In this document: positions 17,990 to 28,431 of the stretch, piece by piece
Numbering within the stretch: the stretch's first letter is position 1
Layout of the letters: the number at the start of each line of letters is the position of its first letter
From: Candidatus Latescibacterota bacterium
Lineage (GTDB): Bacteria > Latescibacterota > UBA2968 > GCA-2709665
DNA length: 64,000 bases
Assembly (NCBI GenBank): GCA_965219995.1
Contig: CBDCOX010000002.1
Coordinates: forward strand, 2,752,001 to 2,816,000
Direction: 5' to 3'
The notes under the pieces: generated by a model
The model's input: only the letters and a program-made list of their open reading frames with translations
Database searches by the model: none
What the model was told of the DNA's origin: nothing
Position numbers and translations under genes: made by a program

Positions 17990-19057
17990 TTGGAAAAATA
18001 CACCTTTCGCGGAGGCCCCGTCGAAGCGGGACGGGCGCAGGGCGCGCTCGATCCCGAATACGCCAGGCGTGAGTTGGAGAAGAGGTTAAGGCAGCCCCAG
18101 AACTTTGATGATAGCTACTTCCGTGAGAACATGGCCTTCATGCGGCGGGAATTCCCGGAACTGGTGACGCAGATGGAAGCGTACGGCGACGCGGCAGGGA
18201 TCGAAAACTTCGATCATACGTATCTGCTGCACGTTTACTTTACCGCTCCCGACCTGGACGGATGTTCGGCGCTCGGTACCATGCTGATGGACGACGGTCC
18301 GGCGATGTTGAGGACCTACGATACGAGTTCGGCCGGCAGGGTCGAGGATTTCGTGAAGGACAAGATCCTGATGCGCCTTCCGGACAGCAGGCCGCGCGGG
18401 CTGGTGGGCGGCGGGGAACGGTTCGGCACGACCGTCGGTACGGCGATCAACGACGCCGGGCTGCTGATCGGCAGCGCGTCGGGCCACCGGAAGTTCAACC
18501 CGGGCGTCGACCCGGAACACGTCAATCTCTACTTCACCGCTCACCTGCTCGCCCAGTATTGTTCCGACTGCGACGACGTGCGGCACTTCCTCCGTCAGTA
18601 CAGGATCTCGGGCATCAAGGGACTCACGGGCGTGGCTGTGGATGCGGACGGCGATATGGTCGGATTCGAACTGGAGTCCGAGAACATCGCCCTTCGGGAA
18701 CCGGAAAACGGGACGGTCATCGAGACCAACCACTGGCAGGACCCCGAACTTCAGAAACCGTCCCGCGAGGCGGATCCGGACTGGTGGGCGGGCACCTCGT
18801 ACTACAACTCCCAGAACCGGATCCAGTACATGGCCTGTCACAGGGATGCGTTCAAGAATATGCGTACCGTGAGTGAACTGGTGGATTTTTCGTTCGACGT
18901 GCACGAACCGGGGAGGATTCTTCAGAGCCCGGAAACCAATATCGGGAACTGGTACACGACCCACGGGATCTTCATGACGTCGCGCGACCGGAAATTGCGG
19001 GTCCACCGGTACCCGCTGGAAAAGGGCAAATTCACGGAAATGGCGTATGGAGAGTGA
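17990..19057 (+). CDS. C45-family (acyl-CoA:6-APA acyltransferase-like) Ntn-hydrolase, paralog 1
   Basis: 'GRAQG' N-terminus, autoproteolytic 'DG|CS', 'INDAGL', 'ETNHW'. Confidence 0.7.
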   Translation: MEKYTFRGGPVEAGRAQGALDPEYARRELEKRLRQPQNFDDSYFRENMAFMRREFPELVTQMEAYGDAAGIENFDHTYLLHVYFTAPDLDGCSALGTMLMDDGPAMLRTYDTSSAGRVEDFVKDKILMRLPDSRPRGLVGGGERFGTTVGTAINDAGLLIGSASGHRKFNPGVDPEHVNLYFTAHLLAQYCSDCDDVRHFLRQYRISGIKGLTGVAVDADGDMVGFELESENIALREPENGTVIETNHWQDPELQKPSREADPDWWAGTSYYNSQNRIQYMACHRDAFKNMRTVSELVDFSFDVHEPGRILQSPETNIGNWYTTHGIFMTSRDRKLRVHRYPLEKGKFTEMAYGE

Positions 19058-19170
19058 GATGGACGGGTTCGGTATCGATGTGGAATCTCGCACGCCAACT
19101 CAACCAGACGACGAGATTCGCTGACGAACTTGCAGCCGGAATGACGACCACCCGGGAGGAGCATCCGGAA

Positions 19171-20682
19171 ATGGCGGAGAACGACGCAGGAATGAACACC
19201 GACGCGGGCAGCGCGGACAGTTTCCTCCTGATGGACGGGATCGAGTCCGTACATCACGTGACGCAGGCGGTCTGCGAGGCGGAAAAGCATCCGCTCAATC
19301 CGGTGCTTCCGGTGGGTGACTCGCACGAGTGGGATTCCACGCATTGCGCGCCGTGGTCGTCGCCCACGGTGATCTACGACGATGAGGACAAGCTGTTCAA
19401 GGCCTGGTACGCGGGATCGGACATCGCGCCCTCCAGGTGGTGGGCGATGGGGTACGCGGTGAGCGAGGACGGGGTCAACTGGCACAAACCCGAACTGGGC
19501 CTGTACGAGTACAACGGGAGCAGGAAAAACAACATCGTCCTGGACGGACGCGGTCCGATCATCAAGGACGAGTCCGAGCCGGACCCGAACAAGCGCTTCA
19601 AGGGGATCAAGCGCAGCTTCGGCGGACAGAAGGTCTATGCCGGCAAGGGCGCCCGCGCCAACTACTCGCCCGACGGGATCCACTGGACCGAGGGCCCGAA
19701 TATCGACCTGCCCGAGTGGTTTCGCGGCCCGCCCGATATCGGCGTGCTGGTTCGCGACGACCAGGACCCCGATCCCTCACGCCGGTACAAGACCGTCTTC
19801 CAGGAGATGGTGCCGTTCGAAAAGCCGGATATCAAGCGCCACGCCGCGCGGTACCGCGGCCTCGGGCGCGCCAAGATACTGGCGTACGGCCCGGATATCG
19901 AGCACTTCCGAAGAGCCGGAGAAAACCCCCTGCTCTCCCCGGCCGACGGCCTCGAGCACGAAGACCACCACATTATGATGTCGCCGTACGGCGGCGCGTG
20001 GATCATCTGCTACGAGTACGGCTGGTACGTGCCGAGCCGTTACGGCTTCTACGGGATGTACTCGGCAGACATTCGCCTGGCGGTCAGCGGCGACGGGCTC
20101 AATTTCCATCGCGTGAATCCCCACCAGAAAGTCATCGCCCGCGGCTCCCACGGGGAGTGGGACGGGGGGCTGCTCATCATTACAGACAAGCCGGTCGTCA
20201 AGGACGGGACCATCCATCTGTTCTATGGCGGATCGGGCGAAGAATTCACGAGTTGGCCGCCGGAAAACGAGATCCCCGAGTTCATCCATGAGATGGGAGC
20301 CGGAAGCGCGCGAATGGCGCGGATGGGCCTGGCCACGCTCCGCGAGGATGGCTTCACCTGCCTGGAGACTCCGGACCGCGAGACGCCAGGACACGCGACC
20401 ACTTCGCCTCTGGAACTGACAGACCGATCGACTTCGCTTACCGTCAACGTCGGAGACGTTCGAATGAACCGCAACTGGGTCGAAGTCGAGGTCCTCGACG
20501 CGGATTCCGACGAGCCCATTCCCGGGTATGGATGCGAGGAATGCGACGACATCTGCGTCGACGGACTCCGGCGCCGCGTCACGTGGGGCGACAACCGTCT
20601 TGCCGGTATCGACCGCAGCCGCTTCAAGCTGAGATTCCATCTGTATGGCGCGGCCCGGCTTTACGGATACAGATTCGACTGA
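19171..20682 (+). CDS. GH32-like five-bladed propeller with C-terminal beta-sandwich
   Basis: 'KHPLNPVL', 'YAVSEDGVNWHKPELG', 'YSPDGIHW', 'GLATLREDGF', 'LRFHL..ARLYGYRF'; start chosen from a GGAGGA RBS. Confidence 0.7.
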   Translation: MAENDAGMNTDAGSADSFLLMDGIESVHHVTQAVCEAEKHPLNPVLPVGDSHEWDSTHCAPWSSPTVIYDDEDKLFKAWYAGSDIAPSRWWAMGYAVSEDGVNWHKPELGLYEYNGSRKNNIVLDGRGPIIKDESEPDPNKRFKGIKRSFGGQKVYAGKGARANYSPDGIHWTEGPNIDLPEWFRGPPDIGVLVRDDQDPDPSRRYKTVFQEMVPFEKPDIKRHAARYRGLGRAKILAYGPDIEHFRRAGENPLLSPADGLEHEDHHIMMSPYGGAWIICYEYGWYVPSRYGFYGMYSADIRLAVSGDGLNFHRVNPHQKVIARGSHGEWDGGLLIITDKPVVKDGTIHLFYGGSGEEFTSWPPENEIPEFIHEMGAGSARMARMGLATLREDGFTCLETPDRETPGHATTSPLELTDRSTSLTVNVGDVRMNRNWVEVEVLDADSDEPIPGYGCEECDDICVDGLRRRVTWGDNRLAGIDRSRFKLRFHLYGAARLYGYRFD

Positions 20683-20717
20683 GGATCAACGCGATCCACG
20701 CCGATTGGAGAACTCCC

Positions 20718-22547
20718 GTGGATGACGAACAGACGCGCGACGTGATTGTGGCCAGAGACGTAATGGTCCCCATGCGGGACGGCGTGCGTCTGGCCACAGA
20801 TTTGTACTTTCCGGGAACGGTCGCCCGTCAGCGCGGCGAGACCTTCCCCGCCGTCCTCAGCAGGACGCCGTACAACAGGACCGGCGGCGCAGACGCGGCG
20901 AGTTTCTTCGCGCGCCGCGGCTATATGGCCGCGGTCCAGGACTGCCGTGGGCGCTACGGTTCCGAGGGCGTGTTCTTTCCGTTCGTGGACGACCCCGAGG
21001 ACGGGTACGACACCATCGAGTGGATCGCCGATCATCCGTCGTGCGACGGGAAGGTGGGCATGTACGGGTGTTCCTACGATGCCTGGGTGCAGTTCCACGC
21101 GGCCACGCAGAATCCCCCGTCCCTGGCCACGATGATCCCCTTTGAAGGCCCCATCAACGCGTATCATTACAGCATGCGCGAAGGCGGCGCCCTGCACCTG
21201 GGGCTTCTGAACTGGGCAGTCCGGATGTCGACCACCAGCCAGGAGGCACGGGCGAACCCGGCGATCGCGGAGGCCATCAGGCCCATGTCCGGGGACGGGC
21301 CGCAATTCCTGGAGTGGGCGTCACGTATCCCCTGGCGGCGCGGTCAGACCCCGCTGGCGGTGGTCCCGCAATACGAAGATGCGGTTTTCCGGCTGTATTT
21401 CGAGAACAACGACTATACCGAGTTCTGGCGGCAGCCCGGGCTTGCCATGGACGAGTATTTCGACGCGTTCCCGGACATGCCCATGCTCTGGATGGTGGGC
21501 TGGTTCGACTGGTATCCGAGGACGATTATCGACGGCTTTCGGAAGATGGTGAGTATCGGACGCCAGAACCAGCACCTGCTGGTGGGTCCATGGACGCATG
21601 GCAACTGCGAACCGTCGTGCGGCGACGTGCACTTCGGACCGGAAGGAAATCTCCACTTCCACGAGGACTTCCTTCAGCTCTACCTGCAGTGGTTCAACCG
21701 GTGGCTCAAGGGGGATGCGACGGCGGACGTGGGCAGCGCGGTGCGGATGTTCCGGATGGGCGGCGGGGACGGCAGCCGGGACCGGGACGGCCTGCTGCAA
21801 CACGGCGGGAAGTGGTTCTGCGTGGACGGCTGGCCGCCGGAGGGCTCACGCGCAACAGCGTATTATATCCACGAGAACGGCATCCTGTCGCCCGAAGCGC
21901 CTGCCGGGGAAGACGCGTCGACGACCTACACCTATGACCCCCGCAATACCGTGTCCAGCAACGGCCGCTGTATCGTCCCCTACGGTCCGATGAAGCAAGG
22001 GTGGTTCAAGGGGATGGGTCCGCGCGATCAGATCGAGATCGAGACGCTTCCCGGCCATGGGATTCCGGGGATGCCCATCGCCTCGCGGCCGGATGTTCTG
22101 GTTTTTCAGACCGGGCCATTGAGCGCGGACCTCTCGATCGCCGGGAACATCAGGGGGGTTCTCTGGATATCCTCCGACGCACCCGATACGGACTTCTTTT
22201 TAAAGCTGCTCGACGTGTATCCCTCGAGCCTCGATTATCCGAACGGATACGCGCTTCCCGTTTCCGAGGGCATCCTGCGCGCGCGGTACAGAGACAGCTT
22301 CGAACTGCCGCGCTCGATGGAACCCGACACCGTCTATCGCATCGAAATCGACATGCAGCCGTCCGCGAACCTCTTCAGGGCCGGTCATCGGATCCGCCTG
22401 GATATCTGCAGCAGCAACTTTCCCAATTACGACATCAACAGGAACACGGGCGATCCCGACGACAGGAACTGGCGCATCGCGCGGAATACCGTCTATCACG
22501 AGGCCGCGCGCGCGTCGTACGTTGAACTGCCCATCTGGACGGTGTGA
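20718..22547 (+). CDS. CocE/NonD-family serine hydrolase
   Basis: 'VPMRDGVRLATD', 'RTPY', 'QDCRGRYGSEG', nucleophile 'GCSY', 'GWFD', 'GPWTHG', 'SSNFP'. Confidence 0.92.
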   Translation: MDDEQTRDVIVARDVMVPMRDGVRLATDLYFPGTVARQRGETFPAVLSRTPYNRTGGADAASFFARRGYMAAVQDCRGRYGSEGVFFPFVDDPEDGYDTIEWIADHPSCDGKVGMYGCSYDAWVQFHAATQNPPSLATMIPFEGPINAYHYSMREGGALHLGLLNWAVRMSTTSQEARANPAIAEAIRPMSGDGPQFLEWASRIPWRRGQTPLAVVPQYEDAVFRLYFENNDYTEFWRQPGLAMDEYFDAFPDMPMLWMVGWFDWYPRTIIDGFRKMVSIGRQNQHLLVGPWTHGNCEPSCGDVHFGPEGNLHFHEDFLQLYLQWFNRWLKGDATADVGSAVRMFRMGGGDGSRDRDGLLQHGGKWFCVDGWPPEGSRATAYYIHENGILSPEAPAGEDASTTYTYDPRNTVSSNGRCIVPYGPMKQGWFKGMGPRDQIEIETLPGHGIPGMPIASRPDVLVFQTGPLSADLSIAGNIRGVLWISSDAPDTDFFLKLLDVYPSSLDYPNGYALPVSEGILRARYRDSFELPRSMEPDTVYRIEIDMQPSANLFRAGHRIRLDICSSNFPNYDINRNTGDPDDRNWRIARNTVYHEAARASYVELPIWTV

Positions 22548-22578
22548 GGGGGTCGCCTGCCGGCCAAAGGAGGTTTGA

Positions 22579-23643
22579 TTGGGATCAGGGAATGCACTGT
22601 CGAATACCGAGCTTCGCGAGATTGCAGGCAGGAAGTTGCGGTGCCTGGATATTCTGGACGAACCGATCGACGTGTCCGGATTCGCCTGGCTGGACCGGGA
22701 GCGCAGGTTCTGCAGGCTTCCTGTCGACGCCCTGCCGGACATGAGCGAGGCGGTCCGGATGCTGGCGTGGTGCACCTCGGGCGGCAAGGCCCGGTTCAGG
22801 ACGAATTCCAGTACGATCGCTATACGCGTCGAACTGGCCGAAGTCGTCGACATGCCGCACATGCCGCGTTCCGGAAATTCCGGTGTCGACGTCTATTCGG
22901 GAGCCGGAAGAGAGAAGAGGTTCATCAACGCGGCCAGGCCGCCCCTGAACGAACGGGAATACGAAACGCTTCTGGTCGACGGGCCGGGCAGTGGCATGCG
23001 CGAGTGGACGCTGAATCTGCCGATTTACAACGGCGTCAGACGGCTTGTCGTCGGACTGGATCCGGGTGCTGAAATCGGCCCGCCCACGCCGTTTTCGCTT
23101 GAGAAGCCGCTCTTGTTTTACGGATCTTCGATCACGCACGGCGGGTGCGCGTCCCGTCCGGGGAACACCTACCCCCACATCCTGGCGCGCTGGCTCGACG
23201 CGAACCTGGTCAACCTGGGTTTCAGCGGCAGCGCGAGGGGGGAGCCGGCCGTGGCCCGTCTGATCGGGACCGTGGACATGAGCGTGTTTGTAATGGATTA
23301 CGACCACAATGCGCCGACGGCGGAACACCTGGAACAGACCCACGAGCCGTTCTTCAGAATCGTCAGGAATTCCCGCCCGGACCTGCCCATTGTGATCGTC
23401 TCGAGTCCGTCCATCAATGCCAATCCTTCACGCTGGAAGGGGCGGAGGGAAATCATCCGCGGGACGTACGAAAATGCCCTGAAACGGGGTGACGAAAAGG
23501 TCTGGTTCGTCGACGGGGAGACACTGTTCGGCTCGACCGACCGGGATGCCTGTACGGTCGACGGGGTCCACCCGAACGACCTGGGCTTCTTGCGCATGGC
23601 CAAGGCGATCCGTCCGTCTGTGGAGGCGGCCTGCCTTGCGTAG
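22579..23643 (+). CDS. SGNH/GDSL esterase (GDSL_3 type with N-terminal domain)
   Basis: 'YGSSITHGGCASRPG', 'NLGFSG', 'DYDHN', 'DGVHPND'. Confidence 0.92.
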   Translation: MGSGNALSNTELREIAGRKLRCLDILDEPIDVSGFAWLDRERRFCRLPVDALPDMSEAVRMLAWCTSGGKARFRTNSSTIAIRVELAEVVDMPHMPRSGNSGVDVYSGAGREKRFINAARPPLNEREYETLLVDGPGSGMREWTLNLPIYNGVRRLVVGLDPGAEIGPPTPFSLEKPLLFYGSSITHGGCASRPGNTYPHILARWLDANLVNLGFSGSARGEPAVARLIGTVDMSVFVMDYDHNAPTAEHLEQTHEPFFRIVRNSRPDLPIVIVSSPSINANPSRWKGRREIIRGTYENALKRGDEKVWFVDGETLFGSTDRDACTVDGVHPNDLGFLRMAKAIRPSVEAACLA

Positions 23644-23718
23644 TGTCCCGGGCGGACCTGTTCGCGAGGCGGAATCTGGAAATCTGAGAAAACTGAATCG
23701 TTTCGCAAGGGGGTGTAA

Positions 23719-24783
23719 ATGGAAACGCGCATCTTTCGCGGAAGTCCCGCCGAAATCGGCAAGGCCCAGGGCGCCATGAACCCGGAGGCCGCGCGGGACT
23801 ATCTTGCGTTCTGGCAGGCCCGACCGCACGATTTCGGAAATGCCTACTTTCGGGAAAACCTGGCGTTCATGCGGCGGGAGTTCCCCGATATGGTCGAACA
23901 GATCGGGGCGTTCGGCGAGGCCGCCGGAATGGCGTCCTTCGAGCACGCATACTATGGCCACATCCTCTGGTCGGGTCCGATGGGAGACGCCTGCTCGACC
24001 CTGGGTATCGTGCTGGAGGACGACGGGCCGGCAATGCTCTCCACCAATGACGGGGGCACGGACACGGTCCCCGGCACCGTATCGAACTCCGTTGTCTCGT
24101 TTTTCCCGGACACGAAACCGCACGGGATGATGGGGTTCGGCACCCGGCGGCAGGTCACCCTCGGAATGGCCGTGAACGACGCCGGGCTGGCCGTGGGGGC
24201 CAATTCCGGGCACCGTAAATACAATTTCGTTTCCAATCCGGAACACCTCAACCTCTACTTCGTCGTCCATTTGATCGCGCAGCACTGCGGCGACTGCGCC
24301 GACGTCCGCCATTTCGTCGATCAGTATCGCATATCCGGCCAGAAGGGCATGAATATGGTCACGGTGGACGCAGAGGGAAATATCCTCGGCCTGGAGCTCG
24401 AATCGGAGAACGTCGCCATTTCCGAAGCGCAGGACGGAATGCTCCTGGAGGTCAACCACTGGCAGCATCCCAGGCTCCAGAATCCCTCCCGCGCGGCCGA
24501 TCCCGCTTTCTGGGACGGACCCTATTTTTACAACTCCCAGGCGCGGGTGATGTATTTCGCGCATTTTCGGAACGTGTTCTCGCGGATGAAGACCCTGCAG
24601 GAACTGGTCGACTTTTCCTTCGACGTGCACGCGCCCGGGCGCATCCTTCAGATGCACGGGCTGAACGTAAGCGATCTGATCTCCTGCCAGGTAATGTTCG
24701 CGACCACGAGAGATCGAAAGATGAGGCTCTACCTGCATCCGATCGAAAAAGACGATTACGAGGAGTTCGTGTATCCGAATTGA
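23719..24783 (+). CDS. C45-family Ntn-hydrolase, paralog 2
   Basis: Shares 'YFRENxAFMRREFP', 'DA|CS', 'NDAGL', 'QYRISG', 'LVDFSFDVH.PGRILQ' with 17990. Confidence 0.7.
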   Translation: METRIFRGSPAEIGKAQGAMNPEAARDYLAFWQARPHDFGNAYFRENLAFMRREFPDMVEQIGAFGEAAGMASFEHAYYGHILWSGPMGDACSTLGIVLEDDGPAMLSTNDGGTDTVPGTVSNSVVSFFPDTKPHGMMGFGTRRQVTLGMAVNDAGLAVGANSGHRKYNFVSNPEHLNLYFVVHLIAQHCGDCADVRHFVDQYRISGQKGMNMVTVDAEGNILGLELESENVAISEAQDGMLLEVNHWQHPRLQNPSRAADPAFWDGPYFYNSQARVMYFAHFRNVFSRMKTLQELVDFSFDVHAPGRILQMHGLNVSDLISCQVMFATTRDRKMRLYLHPIEKDDYEEFVYPN

Positions 24784-25056
24784 CCGCAGGGGGGAAAGTT
24801 CGTCGCGAAGTGCGACGCATACAGCCTCCGGTCGTCTTTAATGAGCCTTGCGACAGAAAGTGACACTTCGAATGACGTTGACAGTTGCGATTCGGACGCG
24901 AATATTGTAGACTTTAGAGTAAATCCATCGATTCACCACGGCCACGCCGATGGCAGGATTTCACCGCAGGCTTCCAGGTGTGGCATTTTGCACGCTTGTC
25001 CTTTTCGTTTGCCCGACGCTGTCCGGCAAACCGGGGGACGTCTCGAAAAGGAGCAG

Positions 25057-25974
25057 ATGTTGAGCCGCATAAAGGAAGTTCCGTACCCGTACCTGAGGAT
25101 AGCGAATCTCAGAGTCGTTTCGCTCATGGTCTCCCTACTCATCCTCACCATCGGACTCGTTGCGCCCCAGGCCGCATTCGCGGGCGCGTGGACCCTTGAA
25201 AAGGGCCAGGTGTGGAGCAAGATTACCGGTCTGTACCAGGCCACCGACGAACACTTCGACAAGGATGGTGAACCGAGCGGGTTCCCCGCTGATTACACTT
25301 CGCGGGAGGTGTATCTCGATGTGTATTACGGGGTGACCAAGCGTTTCGATCTCGGCGTTCAGTTCGCGGCAATCAACCGCAAGTTCGAGAATTTCACATC
25401 GAACAGGCACAGGGAGATGTTCGGATATCGCGCAAAGGAGTCAGGTCTCGGCGACATCCGCGTCTTCGGCAAGGTCAATCTCGTTCACGAACCCGTCGTG
25501 GGCACCCTGATGCTTGGCATAAAGGCGCCAACCGGGGATTTCCGCGCCGCGCCCGAGGCCATGTCCGCAGGCAACGGCCAGTGGGACGTCGAAGTGGTGG
25601 CGCAATTCGGCAAGTCCTACTGGCCCATCCCGATATACGCCAATATCGATCTGGGATATCGCCTCAGAGAGACCAACGAGACCATTCACCACAACCCGGA
25701 CGACGAGTTGATCTACAATCTCGAGGTCGGCGCCAGCCCTGTCGAAATGTTGAACATAGCCCTCAAGCTGGAAGGGGTCTCGGGCGCCGGGCGGCGGGTC
25801 ACCTATGCGATTCCCACGGCGATCGTCAGCCTGCCGCAGGGCCTCGCCCTCGAAGCCGCGGCGCGTGTGTCAGTGCTCGGCCGCGCCGATCCCGCGTTGG
25901 GCGCGCCCTATACGTTCTTCGCCGGCTCCACATTCCTGTTCGGGATCTCCTATACCGGAAGCCTGATGCAATAG
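25057..25974 (+). CDS. Putative outer-membrane beta-barrel channel (MetA-pathway/transporter-like)
   Basis: AAGGAG before ATG 25057; signal peptide ending 'AFA|GAW'; 'SGLGDIRV', 'KAPTG', 'GNGQWD', amphipathic strands. Confidence 0.6.
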   Translation: MLSRIKEVPYPYLRIANLRVVSLMVSLLILTIGLVAPQAAFAGAWTLEKGQVWSKITGLYQATDEHFDKDGEPSGFPADYTSREVYLDVYYGVTKRFDLGVQFAAINRKFENFTSNRHREMFGYRAKESGLGDIRVFGKVNLVHEPVVGTLMLGIKAPTGDFRAAPEAMSAGNGQWDVEVVAQFGKSYWPIPIYANIDLGYRLRETNETIHHNPDDELIYNLEVGASPVEMLNIALKLEGVSGAGRRVTYAIPTAIVSLPQGLALEAAARVSVLGRADPALGAPYTFFAGSTFLFGISYTGSLMQ

Positions 25975-26025
25975 CAGCTTCAGCGGAGAACCCACCCATC
26001 GACGGCAGTCCACGCAGGCCACATT

Positions 26026-26064
26026 AAACAGGGGAAGGGGGCAATTGCCCCCTTCCCCTGTTTT
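26026..26064. terminator. Intrinsic terminator between convergent genes
   Basis: Perfect hairpin AAACAGGGGAAGGGGGC-AATT-GCCCCCTTCCCCTGTTTT. Confidence 0.85.
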
Positions 26065-26104
26065 CTATTCTCGCATCCGGACCGTTACGCTTTCACCTCA
26101 TCGT

Positions 26105-26180
26105 CACTCGCCCCTTGAGGGGGAGTCGCAGAACTCGAGCCGGACCCTGAACTTGCCGAAGGGTGTCGAACTGTCGAAGG
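26105..26180. repeat. Cluster of REP-like palindromes
   Basis: CACTCGCCCCTTGAGGGGGAGT and CCCTGAACTTGCCGAAGGG followed by a degenerate copy. Confidence 0.55.
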
Positions 26181-26217
26181 ATCGAAGGGCCGGCGACGAC
26201 TGATGCGGAAGGGGATT

Positions 26218-26625
26218 TCAGACAAACGGATCGATGAGTTCGACACCGCTGGCTTCGAAATCGCGGCGATTCCGGGTCGCCAGCCGTAACCCGTGAGTCA
26301 GGGCGGTGGCGGCAATGAAGCTGTCTTTGATCGGCATCGGTTTTCCAATTGAGCGGAGATGCGCCAGCAACTCGGCCCAACGCAGTCCCGTCTCGGCATC
26401 CCACGGGACGCAGTGGATACGGCGGGCGACTTCGTCGAACCAGCGTTCGAGCCCGCGGCGCTTCTGTCCCGAGGGCAGCAGGAGAATCCCGAATCGGACT
26501 TCTCCCAGAATCACCGGATCGACGGCCAGTCTTCGTTCGTTACGCGACAGCCACTCGATCACCCTCGGATCCGGCCTCGGCTGAGTCGCCTCGCACAGCA
26601 CATTGGCATCTACGAGGCACATCAT
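26218..26625 (-). CDS. vapC: VapC PIN-domain toxin
   Basis: 'LVDANVLCE', 'LGEVRFG', 'KDSFIAATAL', 'ATRNRRDF'. Confidence 0.92.
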   Translation of the reverse strand: MMCLVDANVLCEATQPRPDPRVIEWLSRNERRLAVDPVILGEVRFGILLLPSGQKRRGLERWFDEVARRIHCVPWDAETGLRWAELLAHLRSIGKPMPIKDSFIAATALTHGLRLATRNRRDFEASGVELIDPFV

Positions 26626-26864
26626 CGCGGCGATCCGAGGGCGTCGGTCGACTCCGATTCGATCGGCACGAACCAGCCCTTTTCGGGACACGAGAGCAGC
26701 GCGTTCACCAGACCATGGTTCATCGGGGGGTCGGCAACGACAAGGCGGTATTCACCTTCGTCTACCCGTTCAATTGCAAACGACTGGCCGGGTTCCAGTC
26801 TGTCCCGATGGCGAAACTCGGCCGGAATCACAATCTGACCCCGGGTTGAGAGGACTGTTTTCAT
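26622..26864 (-). CDS. vapB: AbrB/MazE-type antitoxin (VapB)
   Basis: 'MKTVLSTRGQIVIPAEFR' swapped-hairpin motif; overlaps the vapC start. Confidence 0.85.
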   Translation of the reverse strand: MKTVLSTRGQIVIPAEFRHRDRLEPGQSFAIERVDEGEYRLVVADPPMNHGLVNALLSCPEKGWFVPIESESTDALGSPR

Positions 26865-26900
26865 AGGAAGTAAGATAACGTCTTACACCAGGATTGTCAA
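26865..26900 (-). promoter_or_regulatory. Sigma70 promoter/operator of vapBC
   Basis: Minus strand TTGACA-17 nt-TATCTT-7 nt-ATG; GTAAGA-cgtta-TCTTAC palindrome over the -10 box. Confidence 0.75.
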
Positions 26901-27039
26901 TGCCTGCCATGTCTTCAACGGAAAGGTTGGCCCTTTACATTATCAGGTATGCACGGTATTTTCTCTTGGGGTAAAGCCGATGGCAGGGCCGTAAACCGGA
27001 TGGAGTATAGTACGAATTGGCTGAAGAGGGGACGTTGGA

Positions 27040-28182
27040 TTGACGCGGATTCGGCGGATGATCGGTTTTGGTTGGCTGGTTCTTGCGAGCACGGCGGTAC
27101 ACGCTCACGCCCAGACCCCGGTATCGGAAGCGCCGCGTTTTACGGAAAAGCACCGCGGCGTCTGTTTCGTGGCCGGGCCCGCCCGCCCCGCTGACGTGGC
27201 CTTCGACCGCCTGGCCGCGCTGAACGTGAACTGGATCTCCCAGACGCCATTCGGATGGCAGCAGAGCGCCGACAGCCCGGAGGTGATTCTTGCGACTTCC
27301 GGACGGGTCTGGTGGGGTGAATCGGACGAAGGACTGGCGGACACCGCCCGACGGGCGCGACAGCAGGGCATCCTGATAATCCTGAAGCCCCACGTCTGGA
27401 TCCGTGACCGCAGCGACGGGAGGTGGCGCGGGAATATTGATTTTTCGACGCCCGAAGAATGGGACCGGTGGTGGGCGAGCTACCGACGGTTTATCCTCCA
27501 TTACGCCGAACTGGCGGAAGCAACCGGGATGGAGGCGCTGTGCGTGGGGACGGAACTTCGGAGCGCCGTGTTGAACCGTCCCGAGGCATGGCGCGTGTTG
27601 ATTGCCGACGTGCGGGCGGTGTACGGAGGCGAACTGACCTACTCGGCGAACTGGTATCGCGAGTTCGAAGAGGTGACGTTCTGGGACGCGCTGGACTACA
27701 TCGGCATCCAGGTCTATTTCCCGCTGGCGGACAGCACGGGTAGCGATATGTCGCTCGACGCCTTCAAAGCGGCGTGGGCGCCCCATGTGGCGCGGATCGA
27801 AGCGCTTCAGCAGCGGGCGGGAAAACCGGTGCTCTTTACGGAGGTTGGCTACAGGAGCACCGCGGATTCCGCCGTGGAGCCGTGGGTCTGGCGATCGGCC
27901 GCACCCGTGGACGATGAACTGCAGGCGACGCTTTACGAAGCGATGTTCCGGACATTCTGGCGCAAACCCTGGTTTGCGGGCACGCACGTATGGAAGTGGT
28001 TCCCCGAGGGCAGCACGCGATTCGAAGGAAGGCGGGCGCGCCGCCGCGCACTTCAAAGGGAAAGGGGGTTCACACCGCAGGGGAAGCCGGCGGAAAAGGT
28101 GCTTGGCCGGTGGTATCGGACTGCTGAGCGACAGCCGGGCATGGATACCGACGGAAGGTCGGAGCAAGTTCCCGGTCCGTAG
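27040..28182 (+). CDS. GH113-like (GTA TIM-barrel) glycoside hydrolase, secreted
   Basis: Signal peptide; 'ILKPHVW', 'CVGTEL', 'LTYSANW', 'DYIGIQVYFPL', 'KPVLFTEVGYRS'. Confidence 0.85.
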   Translation: MTRIRRMIGFGWLVLASTAVHAHAQTPVSEAPRFTEKHRGVCFVAGPARPADVAFDRLAALNVNWISQTPFGWQQSADSPEVILATSGRVWWGESDEGLADTARRARQQGILIILKPHVWIRDRSDGRWRGNIDFSTPEEWDRWWASYRRFILHYAELAEATGMEALCVGTELRSAVLNRPEAWRVLIADVRAVYGGELTYSANWYREFEEVTFWDALDYIGIQVYFPLADSTGSDMSLDAFKAAWAPHVARIEALQQRAGKPVLFTEVGYRSTADSAVEPWVWRSAAPVDDELQATLYEAMFRTFWRKPWFAGTHVWKWFPEGSTRFEGRRARRRALQRERGFTPQGKPAEKVLGRWYRTAERQPGMDTDGRSEQVPGP

Positions 28183-28431
28183 CCGCAGGTGCGCCTCTGT
28201 TGAATGTAGCTCTTTACTTCACATCGATTGTTTCCCATATTAGACCATGCTTTCAACGAGTGTGCTGGCATGCGTCATCGTCGACGAATGCTGAAACAGG
28301 CGGCGATGGGTCTGCACGATAGATGAACCGCAGGCACGCTACCACGAAATTTTCTTCGGTCCGTGTCCGCACCTGTGGCCAACGATGCGGCGCCGAGGGT
28401 ATCTCTACACCAGCTGACAGGAGGTAGAACC

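Noticed and set aside
26970-27040. GCCGATGGCAGG...AAACCG resembling a fluoride riboswitch (12-mer also near 24945)
   Set aside because: It lacks the GTTCGCC pairing and the GCTGATGAC 3' motif, and the downstream gene is unrelated.
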